In this document: positions 1 to 9,295 of the stretch, piece after piece
Layout: each line of letters starts with the position of its first letter
Position numbering within the stretch: the stretch's first letter is position 1
Origin: an uncultured virus (IMG/VR IMGVR_UViG_3300032770_000008)
Lineage: Duplodnaviria > Heunggongvirae > Uroviricota > Caudoviricetes
DNA: 64,000 bases
Direction: 5' to 3' (one strand)
Virus record (IMG/VR): IMGVR_UViG_3300032770_000008
Translations under genes and position numbers: made by a program
Notes under the pieces: model-generated
What the model saw: only the letters and a program-made list of their open reading frames with translations
Told to the model about the DNA's origin: nothing
The model's database searches: none

Positions 1-557
1 GTGATCTGCGCCGACTGGTTCGGAAGGATCCGAACACCCGTCGACATCGGCAGCACCTCGCGACCCGCGCGATCCGGATCGCGGTAGTCGATCAGCGCGT
101 TCCGCGGACCGATCCCGAAGTACGAGACCGGCGCCGCGCCGAGATGCTCGCGCATCCCGGACGACGCGCCCTTGCCGGGACCACGCGCTTCCGCGCGGCC
201 CTGCTCGAGCGCCTCTTCGGCGCCGACGATCTGGTGCCATCCGGCGAGGTGAGTCAGTTCGGAAGCGATACCGCCGAACAGATTCGACAGATCGAAACCG
301 CCACCGCCACCGCGCCGTTGACCCGCTGGCGTCTCGATCACTGTCGGATGCGTCGGCGTGACACTCACCTGCGGGTGCCGATGATGTCGGTGATGCCACC
401 AGGGGTGGTATTCCGGCATCGGCGGCGGCGCGTAGACCGGAGGCGGAGGCGGTGGGACGTAGGGCGCCGGACCGAGCGTGACTTCCGTGCCGACGATCTG
501 GCGCCACGCGCCGATCATCGCCTGCACGTCACCACCGCCCATGTACGTCGCCCCCAT
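1..557 (-). CDS. Putative virion structural protein, paralogue of 559..1179 (runs off the left edge of the window)
   Basis: Manual translation from ATG at 557: MGATYMGGGDVQAMIGAWRQIVG...AGWHQIVG...SYFGIGPRNALIDYRDPDRAGREVLPMSTGVRILPNQSAQI, open to the window edge; nt 1-127 are identical to 866-992. Confidence 0.7.
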   Translation of the reverse strand, partial: MGATYMGGGDVQAMIGAWRQIVGTEVTLGPAPYVPPPPPPVYAPPPMPEYHPWWHHRHHRHPQVSVTPTHPTVIETPAGQRRGGGGGFDLSNLFGGIASELTHLAGWHQIVGAEEALEQGRAEARGPGKGASSGMREHLGAAPVSYFGIGPRNALIDYRDPDRAGREVLPMSTGVRILPNQSAQI

Positions 558-992
558 CTCAGATCGCCGCCGTTCCCACGATCGAACCGTAGAACGGCAG
601 ACCGTGCTCCGCCGGACCCACGTAGGTCACGACCATGACCACGTCCATCGCCGTCTGGGCCGTCTCGAACGAGACGAACCCATCGATCGCGTTGGTCGCG
701 AACATGTCGCCCGGCACCTGGCCGGCCTGCGAGAACTGGCTCCGGTTGCCGATCAGGATGTCGTTGACAATCCAATCGGCCGCTCCGTTGCCGCCCACCG
801 CCGCCGAGCCCGCCGCCGAGATGAACACGCGCTCCGGCCGGAACGCGACGCGCTGCGGGCGCGCCGTGATCTGCGCCGACTGGTTCGGAAGGATCCGAAC
901 ACCCGTCGACATCGGCAGCACCTCGCGACCCGCGCGATCCGGATCGCGGTAGTCGATCAGCGCGTTCCGCGGACCGATCCCGAAGTACGAGA
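1..992. repeat. Exact 127-bp direct repeat (1-127 = 866-992) between tandem paralogous genes
   Basis: Identical string gtgatctgcgccgactgg...cccgaagtacgaga at both positions, offset 865 nt; the left copy is cut by the window edge. Confidence 0.95.
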
Positions 993-1179
993 ACGCGCCC
1001 GGATCCGCGGTACGAGCGCCGCGGTGACCGCCGTACGCGCCGTGGTGCAGCTGCGTCGGAACACCGGCCTGCTCGGCGCCGGGATCGGCGCCGACGATCT
1101 GGTACCAGGCACCGAGGAGCGCGTTCTTTTGTGCGCCGCTGAGAAGCGGCAATGCGTGACGAGGACCGTAGCCGTGCAT
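559..1179 (-). CDS. Putative virion structural protein with a C-terminal beta-rich (possible single jelly-roll) domain
   Basis: 206-aa ORF; C-terminal ~120 aa has an alternating beta-strand pattern (REVLPM..QPQ/RPQ..FRPERVFI..DWIVNDILIGNRSQF..DVVMVVTY); fold assignment is inference. Confidence 0.5.
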   Translation of the reverse strand: MHGYGPRHALPLLSGAQKNALLGAWYQIVGADPGAEQAGVPTQLHHGAYGGHRGARTADPGAFSYFGIGPRNALIDYRDPDRAGREVLPMSTGVRILPNQSAQITARPQRVAFRPERVFISAAGSAAVGGNGAADWIVNDILIGNRSQFSQAGQVPGDMFATNAIDGFVSFETAQTAMDVVMVVTYVGPAEHGLPFYGSIVGTAAI

Positions 1180-1380
1180 AGAAATTCCCTTTCGCGACGC
1201 GTGCGCGCCGCTTGCGTGACGTTTCGTCGCGCGCTTGCGACCTCCTGTTGACGTTCTCGATCACGCGCTCGTGATCGGCTCGCGCTCGAGCTCACAAGAA
1301 CCGAAGCGCTTTCTTCGGTCCCTCTGAGCCAGAGCGCGAACGGATGTGCATTCTCACTACATCCGTTCGCGGCGGAAACC

Positions 1381-1926
1381 TCAGCGCGGCGCGGACGCGG
1401 CAGCCTGGCGCATCGTCTCGACGACGGTCGCCATCTGCGCCGGCGAGAGATCGCCATGCACCGCCGCCGCGCCGGGAGCCGCCGGCGCCGGCAGCGTGGG
1501 AGCCGCCGCGTGGTGCCACGGCTGGATCGCCGCGCGGAAGCCGCCGAGCTTCCACCGCTCGCCGAACGCGTAGCCCTTGTTCGACGCGAACGCGGCGACC
1601 AGGCCCGTGCCGACGTTCTCGAGGTGATGGCTCATCTTGTCGCCGGCGAGATCGAAGTGACCCGCGGCGAGCACGCCGAGACCCGCGGCGAGCTCGAACG
1701 GCACCGGACCGATCGACGCGCCGATGGTGACGCCGGTGACCGGATCCACCGACTTCATCGTCTTGCCGTGGATGACGCCGCCGAGCCATGCGCCGAGACC
1801 CACCTCGAGCGGCGTGACGATGTTCTTGGTCACGCGCGCCGCGCCGGCCTTGAAGCTCTCGAGCTTCTGCCAAAGACCGTGGTTGCGCTTGGCCATGTGG
1901 TGGAGATGCTCTTCCGTGATGTCCAT
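1381..1926 (-). CDS. Hypothetical membrane-associated protein (Gly/Ala-rich hydrophobic helices)
   Basis: 181 aa, RBS-like gaaggaaaaaggaac upstream, several GxxxG hydrophobic segments. Confidence 0.6.
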   Translation of the reverse strand: MDITEEHLHHMAKRNHGLWQKLESFKAGAARVTKNIVTPLEVGLGAWLGGVIHGKTMKSVDPVTGVTIGASIGPVPFELAAGLGVLAAGHFDLAGDKMSHHLENVGTGLVAAFASNKGYAFGERWKLGGFRAAIQPWHHAAAPTLPAPAAPGAAAVHGDLSPAQMATVVETMRQAAASAPR

Positions 1927-2068
1927 GTTCCTTTTTCCTTCGCTGTCGATGCGGTTGAATGATCACGAACCGCTCGACGCGGTTCCTTCTTTGATCGCCG
2001 AAGGCCCGCTCGCGGGCTTCGCGAGTCGGGCCAACGTCGCTGCGCGCGACGCTACGCAGAAAAACGAG

Positions 2069-2431
2069 CTACGGCGCCGGTGTCGCCTTCCCCTGCGCCG
2101 CCTGAACCGACGCGATGATGTCGGCGAGAAACCGTCGGCCGTAGTCGGTCAGCCGGATTCGACCGCGCCAGCGATGCGCGATCGATCGCGCGGTCGGCGT
2201 GATGACAGACGACTCGACGAAAGCGTCGACGAGCCCCTTGCCGAGAAAATAGTTGATGCGATCGATCTTGCGATCGCGCTCGGCCGCGTCGCGCGTTCCA
2301 GCCGCGTCGACGATCTCGAGGAGATCCGTATCGACGAAGAGCTCGCCGCCGCGCAGCTGGATCTTCTTGAAGAAGTCACCGTCGAAGCGCGAGGTGAGCT
2401 CGACGGTCTGCTGGATGCCCGCGTCGGTCAC
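2069..2431 (-). CDS. Hypothetical protein (possible winged-helix)
   Basis: GTG start overlaps the TGA of the upstream gene; ends in an 'IRLTDYGRRFL' wing-like motif. Confidence 0.45.
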   Translation of the reverse strand: MTDAGIQQTVELTSRFDGDFFKKIQLRGGELFVDTDLLEIVDAAGTRDAAERDRKIDRINYFLGKGLVDAFVESSVITPTARSIAHRWRGRIRLTDYGRRFLADIIASVQAAQGKATPAP

Positions 2432-2751
2432 GACGGCATCTCCAGCGCGCGCAAGAGCTGCATCGCGAGCTCCTTCGTCGTACACTCGGCCTTCGCGTTG
2501 CCCCCATCGGTGACGACGTAGATCATCTTTCCGGTCACGCCATCGATGAATTCATCGATGCGCCACGCCACGCGCGATCGCGCTGGCGCGCCGGCCGCGA
2601 TCCGATCTACCCTCCGCTTCTCTTCATGCGCCGCCTGAACCTTCGCCTCCGTGTTTCCCATGCGGCGGAAGAAATGCGCGGCCTTGTCGACGACACCATC
2701 GACGAAGTCGTAGAAACGATCGATCTCCGCGGTAGTCGAGTCCTTGGACAC
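2428..2751 (-). CDS. Hypothetical protein
   Basis: 107-aa ORF with normal composition, translationally coupled to the next gene. Confidence 0.5.
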   Translation of the reverse strand: MSKDSTTAEIDRFYDFVDGVVDKAAHFFRRMGNTEAKVQAAHEEKRRVDRIAAGAPARSRVAWRIDEFIDGVTGKMIYVVTDGGNAKAECTTKELAMQLLRALEMPS

Positions 2752-2871
2752 GAGCTTGCGAGATCCGTTCTACGGGATCCGCAAGGTGATCACGGTTGGT
2801 GAGTCGGCGTTCCTTTATGATATTGTTGCGTTCATAGGTTGTAGACAACCTACGTAAGAGAAGCGAAGACC

Positions 2872-3432
2872 ATGGTCGTTGCCACGATGTCGACCGCCAA
2901 ACGCCGCGCCCCCCAGCTCGCAAAAAATGATGACGTCGATCGCAGCGCGTACTGGGATCGCATCCAGATCGTCGACAAGCTCGGCGTATCTGTGCACGCG
3001 ATCTCGGGGTGGGAGCGTCGTGGGCTGCTCAAGCGCTACGTCGCGCTGCGCCCGGATCGCCGGGGGCACGTGCGTCCGGTGTTCGTCTACGATCCGAACG
3101 AGATCGCGCGGCTGCCCAAGCGCGAGCGCTTCGGCCTGTTCGTCGATCCGGGCGAGCTCGCCGCGCGCGCCTTCGAGGCGTTCGATGAGGGATGCACCAT
3201 CCGCGAGCTCGTCATCAAGCTGCGCCAGACGCCCCTCGTGATCGAGGAGCTGCGCGAGCGCTGGCTGAACGCCGGCGGTGCTGCGCTCGTGATCACGCCG
3301 ACAATGAAGGCCGAGCTCGAGAAACACGTCGGGGAATTCGGCGACGTGGCCGAACTCGTCGCGCAGATCACGAAGAAGATCGCCGAGAGCGTGTCGCCGA
3401 AGGACAAAACGGCGAGCGATTCGATCTCATGA
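2872..3432 (+). CDS. HTH (MerR/excisionase-like) DNA-binding protein
   Basis: 'QIVDKLGVSVHAISGWERRGLL' helix-turn-helix pattern. Confidence 0.6.
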   Translation: MVVATMSTAKRRAPQLAKNDDVDRSAYWDRIQIVDKLGVSVHAISGWERRGLLKRYVALRPDRRGHVRPVFVYDPNEIARLPKRERFGLFVDPGELAARAFEAFDEGCTIRELVIKLRQTPLVIEELRERWLNAGGAALVITPTMKAELEKHVGEFGDVAELVAQITKKIAESVSPKDKTASDSIS

Positions 3433-3649
3433 CCGCAGCGTCGGGCTTCGGCAAGCGCGACTTCTAGAGATAGCGCCCCACGAGCGACGCGAACGGGCAA
3501 GCTTACAAAGCTGCTGCCCGGCGGTCGCTTTTTTTCGGCGCCGGCAGGGAACCTGATCGCGCGCGGACGCCGGCTGGTCGGACCAGCAGCCTACTACCGC
3601 CTACGGGGCGAGGCCCGGCGGAAGGTCGGGGCGCCGGAATTTGACGACC

Positions 3650-3790
3650 GTTATCATTTATTTATTTTTCTCTTTATATATAAAGAGATAAGTTAAATAA
3701 TGAATGTGTGCACCTTCCCCGGCTCCGCCCCAGGCTTCTGGTGAAGGGTTAATTACCCCTACCCCCCAAAATAACCCTCCCATCGTTTCC
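3650..3790. other. AT-rich tract with perfect 20-bp palindrome; candidate replication origin
   Basis: TCTCTTTATATATAAAGAGA at 3669-3688 inside a nearly all-AT run in an otherwise very GC-rich sequence, about 0.9 kb from the primase-helicase. Confidence 0.45.
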
Positions 3791-3871
3791 CCTGGAACCG
3801 CGAGGGCGACGCGGTCCCATTCACATTCAACTTGCGCAGAGCGTCAATGCCGTGGGAATCTCAGAAGTCCG

Positions 3872-4363
3872 ATGACAAAGAAAATCGCGTATGACCCGAA
3901 CGCCCTCCTATTCCGCTGGAACTACAGGGAAGACGACGGTCTCGTGCGCCTCATCGGGACTGATCCCGAGCTGAAAACAAAAGCTCGATGGTTTCGCTGG
4001 CCCGACGTCCCGGGCGGTTGGGAACAGCGCGAGGAGTGGGCACAGGGCACCGCGAACGCGACGCCCGCCGACAACCGCGTCGGGCTCGTGAGCGGCTGGC
4101 CAGGAGCGGTGCCGGTGTCGCGCGCGCCGGGGCGCCCGAAGAAAGACGTCGCCGACGACGATCGGCCGGTGAGCGTGTCGACGTCGTTGCGACGCGCCGA
4201 GCTGTTCGAGATCATGAAGCTGGCGTCGAGCTCGCGCCAGTCGGTGAGCGAGTGGGTCGCGGCCGTGCTGCGCGATCGCTTGGACAAGGAGCTCGGCGAT
4301 CCGACCGCGCGCGCCGACGTCGCAGCGTGCGCCAGCGGCGCGGATGTGGAGGCCCGTGGCTGA
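3872..4363 (+). CDS. Hypothetical protein with C-terminal ribbon-helix-helix domain
   Basis: ATG at 3872; 'GRPKK' followed by 'SVSTSLRRAELFEIMKLA...SVSEWVAAVL'. Confidence 0.5.
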   Translation: MTKKIAYDPNALLFRWNYREDDGLVRLIGTDPELKTKARWFRWPDVPGGWEQREEWAQGTANATPADNRVGLVSGWPGAVPVSRAPGRPKKDVADDDRPVSVSTSLRRAELFEIMKLASSSRQSVSEWVAAVLRDRLDKELGDPTARADVAACASGADVEARG

Positions 4364-4617
4364 TCTGACGGACAAGAGCGTGCTGCGGCCGTCGATGATC
4401 GCCGGCGCCCGGATCGCCGCGGGACGCGGCGCCGAGCGGACGCATCGGCAGATCGGTCGCGAGCTCGAGCCGATCGCGCGATTTGGTTACGCGCTTTCGC
4501 TCGCGATCGCGATCTCGTTGCCGACGCACGAGCGACGCGCGAACGCGATCGCCAACGCGATCGTGCTCGCTGGCGCGCTCTTGGATGGCGAGACGATCTA
4601 CGAAGCGGCGTGATCGC

Positions 4618-6411
4618 CTAGAACGGCGTCTCGCCCTCGGCCACGCGCCCCACTTCGATCTCGGGCCAGTTGAACGGACCGCCGCACTGCTTGTCGAATT
4701 CCTCGCGGCAGATCGACAGCGGGGGAAACTTCCAGAAGATGTCGTTGCCGATCTGCGGATCGCCGTTGGCGTCGCGGCCGCGCAGCTTGGCCTGGAACGT
4801 CTTGAGGCCGGGGCACCAGCGTTCGAGTGCGCGCGTGAAGCTCGTCGCGCTCGCGCGCTTGCCGACGCCGAGGCGCTGCGTGTACGTGAGGTAGTCGTCG
4901 ATGAGCGTGCTCTTGGGCACCGGCTCGGTCCAGCCCGCATGCAGCGGGCGCAGGCTCGCGTCGCACAGCCGGCGAAACCAGAATTCTTCGTGTGGCTCGA
5001 GCGAGTGGATCTTCTGATCTTGCAGCGCGGCCGTCTGCGGTACGGTGCGATGATCGAACGCGGAGATATCGCGCGTGAGTAGATCGTGCAAGAGGTTGCC
5101 GAGGCCACCGCTCTTCATGTCGGCATCGATCGCGCCGAAGTAGGTCTTGTCTTGCATGTGTGCCGGCGAGACGTCGAGCACGAGGAAGCGGCGCTCGTCG
5201 TAGCTCGCCGGCACGACCCACTGCGCGTTCGACGCCATGATGAGGTGCACGTAATTCGGCGCGGCCTCCGCATCGAAGCCCTTGCGCTCGACGACGAACG
5301 TGTCTTCCGTGATGAGCGCCTTGAGCACGCCCTCGTGCTTTTTGTCGCCGGCCCAGAACGCCTCGTCGCCGAACAGCACGACGCAGTCGCGCAGGTGCGC
5401 GTTGAAGTTTCCGACGATGTGGCGTGCGTCGGAGACTTGCCAGTAGTGCCGACCGAACAGCGCGCCGAATGTCTTGGCGAAGGTGCCCTTGCCGGTGCCC
5501 TTGCGGCCGCGCAGCACGACGGCGACCTCGCCCGGTGCGTTGGGGACCTGGACCGCGCGCGCCATCCACGACAGGAGATACTGATAGGACGTCTCGTCGC
5601 CGTTGCACAGGTCGACGCGCACGTGCTCGAGGAAACGTAGGTGCTTGTCGCCGGGGCGAGGCTCGACGGCGAAGCCGCGCCACAGGTTGTAGACGCCCTC
5701 GAGCTCGCGGCCCGGCGAGAACGAGATCGACGTGTACTGCCGGCGCGCGGATTGATCGAGCCACCACTTGCCGAGCGGGACCTCGATCGGGCGTCCGTTC
5801 TTGTCGAAGCCGCACGGCACCTTCATGTGCATCCAGCGATTCTTGAAGTCGTCGAAGCTCTGGAACGTGAGCACGGGGCGACCGTTGAAGGCTGGATCAG
5901 GCTGCTCTTCGATCACGCGGCAACGGCCGCCGTAGTTTTCGATCACCGCGAAGCGCTCGTTGAAACGAAGCAGGTGCGGACTGATCGCAAACTCTTTAGC
6001 GCGCTCGATCTGGCGGAGCGCGTAGCGCTCTTTCGAGGCGCCCTTGTCGCGCACGCTCGCGGAGATCTCGTACGCTTCGTCGGTGATGATCGCGTAGATC
6101 GTCGCGTCGTCGACGCCGGCGCGCACGAGATCACAGCACACGCGCAAGACCACGCGTGATCGATCGACGGGGCCGAGCTCGTCGGGATCGTGGCCCTGCG
6201 TGATGAGGATCTTCGTCTTGAGCGTTACCGCGTCGGGGAGCGTGTCGAGCGACTCCAGGCGCGCGACGTTACCGGGCACGCGCGGCACGGTCGGCGATCG
6301 GGATCCGAGGGGCGCGCCGCCCTCTTTCCATGCCGCTTGGATCGGCTGCGCGCGCGTGAACGCACTTAGCGGATAGCGTGCGTTGAGATCGAAGTTAGAC
6401 GACGAAAGCAC
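4618..6411 (-). CDS. D5-like superfamily 3 helicase (C-terminal part of a primase-helicase)
   Basis: Walker A GRKGTGKGT, Walker B LFGDEAF, 'IMASN' motif C, 'ERRF' arginine finger. Confidence 0.85.
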   Translation of the reverse strand: MLSSSNFDLNARYPLSAFTRAQPIQAAWKEGGAPLGSRSPTVPRVPGNVARLESLDTLPDAVTLKTKILITQGHDPDELGPVDRSRVVLRVCCDLVRAGVDDATIYAIITDEAYEISASVRDKGASKERYALRQIERAKEFAISPHLLRFNERFAVIENYGGRCRVIEEQPDPAFNGRPVLTFQSFDDFKNRWMHMKVPCGFDKNGRPIEVPLGKWWLDQSARRQYTSISFSPGRELEGVYNLWRGFAVEPRPGDKHLRFLEHVRVDLCNGDETSYQYLLSWMARAVQVPNAPGEVAVVLRGRKGTGKGTFAKTFGALFGRHYWQVSDARHIVGNFNAHLRDCVVLFGDEAFWAGDKKHEGVLKALITEDTFVVERKGFDAEAAPNYVHLIMASNAQWVVPASYDERRFLVLDVSPAHMQDKTYFGAIDADMKSGGLGNLLHDLLTRDISAFDHRTVPQTAALQDQKIHSLEPHEEFWFRRLCDASLRPLHAGWTEPVPKSTLIDDYLTYTQRLGVGKRASATSFTRALERWCPGLKTFQAKLRGRDANGDPQIGNDIFWKFPPLSICREEFDKQCGGPFNWPEIEVGRVAEGETPF

Positions 6412-6991
6412 GTTCGACGCCTCTCCCCTTCGCGCGCTTCTTTGCGTTCGGGTAGTTTACCGATCCCGGCAGCCGCAGAATGCGATCGACGTTGTGGCAG
6501 GCATCGGCGCCGAACGACCATTCGAGCTGGCGGTTGTAGCTCTCGATCTCCTCGGCGCGCGCGATGTCCCCGTCGATCAGGAAGGGTTCGTCGAGCCGCC
6601 ATAATCCCTGATACCCGCCTCCCGAGAACACCACGGCGGTTGGCTTGGGGATCGGCGCGGGTGGATTCGAGAGCAGTCGCAAGATCCGCTCGCGCTCGCG
6701 CATCAGATCTTCGCCCGCGCGCGGATCGACGTCGACGTGGAGGAAGTGCGCCGCGGCGATGTCGGCCTTCTCGGCTTTTTTCGATAGCTCGCGCGTCGGT
6801 CGATTGACGCTCCAGTAGATGTTCCACTGGTCGTGCTTCTCCAGAAAGGCGGCGACGCGCTTGGTGACGCCGGGATGGAACGTCGCTGTTTCGATCCCGT
6901 AGCGATCTACCTCGATCGCGGTGAGACACCACGGCCCCTCGGGATACGCCCAGGAGAGGAAGTCGATCGCGAGATCGGGATCGTGCTTCAT
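6395..6991 (-). CDS. RepB-like AEP primase domain (N-terminal part of the primase-helicase, separated by a frameshift)
   Basis: HVDVD, 'VFSGGGYQGLW' and 'DRILRLPGSVN' motifs typical of RepB_primase. Confidence 0.8.
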   Translation of the reverse strand: MKHDPDLAIDFLSWAYPEGPWCLTAIEVDRYGIETATFHPGVTKRVAAFLEKHDQWNIYWSVNRPTRELSKKAEKADIAAAHFLHVDVDPRAGEDLMRERERILRLLSNPPAPIPKPTAVVFSGGGYQGLWRLDEPFLIDGDIARAEEIESYNRQLEWSFGADACHNVDRILRLPGSVNYPNAKKRAKGRGVERAFVV

Positions 6992-7630
6992 GGCTAGAAG
7001 GGCAGCGCCTCCTGCGAGGTCTGCGAGGTCTGAGGCGTCGCCGGCGAGCTCGCCGGCGACGGTTCTGTCACCTTCGTCGCCGCCGGCGCCGCCGGTGCGC
7101 CAACGCGCGCCGCGCGCGCGGCCGCGAGCTCGGCCCGGCACGGCGGACAGTGGATCGATCCGCCGTCATCGCCGCCGATCGTCTGGATGAAATGGCAGTG
7201 TGGCCAGGGCACGCCGGTGATGTGCTCTTGGCGCGCGCACTTCGTCCACACGTCGATCGTGGCGCCGGGGACCCACGACACGCGCTTGCCGGCACGATAG
7301 GCGCCGAGCGTGATCCCGCCATACTTGCCGTCATCGAGCGCGTGCATCGCGGCCATCTGGTGGCCTAGGGCGTTGGTCGTCACGGTGTTCCCTTGCAGCG
7401 GACACCGATGTTGAGCTGCTCGCCGAAGAAGCGGATGTAGACGTCGGCCTCGGGGACGCGCGCGCTCAGCTCGGTGACGAGCTGCCGCGCGCGCGCGAGC
7501 TCGCAGGGATGACGAGGCGAGAACAACATGCCCGTACTGAGCGTGGTCTCGTCGAGACCGAAGCCATTTCGCGCGAGGAAGAATTCGATACCGCTCCACA
7601 CGCTCGGATGACGATTCTGCAAGAACATGC

Positions 7631-8053
7631 CTAGTTCCCCTGCCTGCCGATGATCAGCTCCGGCAGCTTCCCGATCTCGTGCGCGTCGAGTACCGCGACC
7701 GCGTTTACGCGCAAGGTTCCTGCCGTCGCTCGTCCGACGATCTGCGCGGCGATGTCGCCGTCGAAGAGCAGCCATTGCCGGGCCTCGCGTACCTCGAGCA
7801 CGAGGTGCGTCGTGCCGTGCGCGGCGCGCCAGCGCTTGAGCAGGAACACGCGTTGTTGCGGCGTGAAGTGTTTGATCTGAACGATGTGCTGCTCCTTCGG
7901 CCAGCACGGGATCGTCTTGAGCTCGATCCAACCGAAAATGTAATTGATATCTGGCGTACCTGGATGAATTGGATTCTCGACGCGGATTGGATCGAGTTTG
8001 GCCATGACGAGATGTGGTCGAAACTTGCGCCACATGAGACTTTCAGCGCGCAC
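7631..8053 (-). CDS. PD-(D/E)xK nuclease (VRR-NUC / phage Holliday-junction resolvase-like)
   Basis: 'ENPIHPGTPDINY...WIELK...FTPQQRVFL' motif. Confidence 0.7.
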   Translation of the reverse strand: MRAESLMWRKFRPHLVMAKLDPIRVENPIHPGTPDINYIFGWIELKTIPCWPKEQHIVQIKHFTPQQRVFLLKRWRAAHGTTHLVLEVREARQWLLFDGDIAAQIVGRATAGTLRVNAVAVLDAHEIGKLPELIIGRQGN

Positions 8054-8717
8054 GCCACACCTTTCCATTTCGAATCAATGAGATCGTTGCTTGTGATACG
8101 CCATAGTGTGCTGCGAGTTCGACTCCTTTTTTGGAGGAATTTCTGATTTCATCTACTTGCAAAGATGTCAGTTTTGCCTGGTGGTGACGTTCGTGACGTA
8201 GCAATGTTCCATGACGACGCATATCATCGCGATTCTCACCAATGGTTCCCCATACAAGGTTGTCGCGTCGGTTGTTTTCGGGATTGCCGTCTAGGTGACG
8301 CGCTTGTTGTCCGTCTTTGCGTGGTCCGATGAATGTTTCAAGTACAAGTCTGTGTACGTAGAAAGGTCGACGTTTTGAATTGCCGTTGACGCGAATATGT
8401 ACTTGTAGATAGCCACCGCGCGCTTCTAATTTGTCTGGATTATAAAGACGAGGGGGCTTGAGATGAGATCCTCGTACTTGTCCGAAGATCGATACTTCGA
8501 TTCGAGGATCGGTTGGCCATGGCTTCCACTCTTCGGTTGACATGAGGAATTTCGGCTTCTGAAAAGCTTCTAATTCCTTCCAAGTCTTGCCTCGTTTAAG
8601 CAAATTGATTGTGTGGCGATGAACGTGCAGTCGCTCAGCAACACTTTTTTCGCCTTCTCCGTGTTCTAAACGCCCCATAGCTTCTAGGGCGAGGTCGAAG
8701 GTCAATCGTTTATTCAC
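8043..8717 (-). CDS. HNH homing endonuclease (NUMOD4/HNH_3 type)
   Basis: 'EEWKP', 'YVHRLVLETFIG...RHLDGNPENNRRDNL', C-terminal HTH; visibly lower GC. Confidence 0.85.
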   Translation of the reverse strand: MNKRLTFDLALEAMGRLEHGEGEKSVAERLHVHRHTINLLKRGKTWKELEAFQKPKFLMSTEEWKPWPTDPRIEVSIFGQVRGSHLKPPRLYNPDKLEARGGYLQVHIRVNGNSKRRPFYVHRLVLETFIGPRKDGQQARHLDGNPENNRRDNLVWGTIGENRDDMRRHGTLLRHERHHQAKLTSLQVDEIRNSSKKGVELAAHYGVSQATISLIRNGKVWRAR

Positions 8718-9295
8718 GACGCGCTCCTCGGCCGCGGCATCCGCCGGTTGTGCTCCTCGCTCGTGCCGAGATCGATTGCGGCGAGCTCGCGCGCGACGCG
8801 GCGAAGCAGGCCGGCCGTCTCGATGCGCGCGCCGCTCCACTTGCTCTCGCGCGGACCGGCGATCAGGAGGCGTAGTCGCCGAGGGCTCTTGATGTCCGGG
8901 CCAAATCCGAGCTGGCGCTGCGCGAGCGCGCGGATCCAGCACGCGATGTTGTAGGTGCTCGTGGTCGGATCGACGATCAGCCGTGGCAGCCGCCGCTCGG
9001 CGGCCAGATCGAGCGTCTTGGCGGTGCCCGGTGTGGCGCGGGGATCGCTCATGTCGGGCACGACGACGAGGAGCGCCTCGGCATCGTGCACGTTCATCTC
9101 CGTGCGCGCGCTGTAACCCGAGCGGGGGCAGGGCGTGAGGTAGCGCGCGATCGCCTTGGGGATCTTGCCGAGCTCGTCGCGGCCGTCCCGGGGCATGTAG
9201 CCGCAGACGCGCCAACCGTCGATCTTGAGCGCGGCCTCGTGCGCGCCGCGATCGACGCCGGTCTGGCCGCCATGTAGGACTCGGATCATCGGCAT
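8714..9295 (-). CDS. SLOG-superfamily protein (putative molybdenum-carrier / YpsA-like)
   Basis: 'GGQTGVDRGA', 'YSARTEMNV', 'IAGPRES' motifs. Confidence 0.75.
   Translation of the reverse strand: MPMIRVLHGGQTGVDRGAHEAALKIDGWRVCGYMPRDGRDELGKIPKAIARYLTPCPRSGYSARTEMNVHDAEALLVVVPDMSDPRATPGTAKTLDLAAERRLPRLIVDPTTSTYNIACWIRALAQRQLGFGPDIKSPRRLRLLIAGPRESKWSGARIETAGLLRRVARELAAIDLGTSEEHNRRMPRPRSAS

Noticed and set aside
3511..3550. Intrinsic terminator after the HTH gene
   Set aside because: The T-run sits within the putative loop rather than after a stem; geometry is unconvincing
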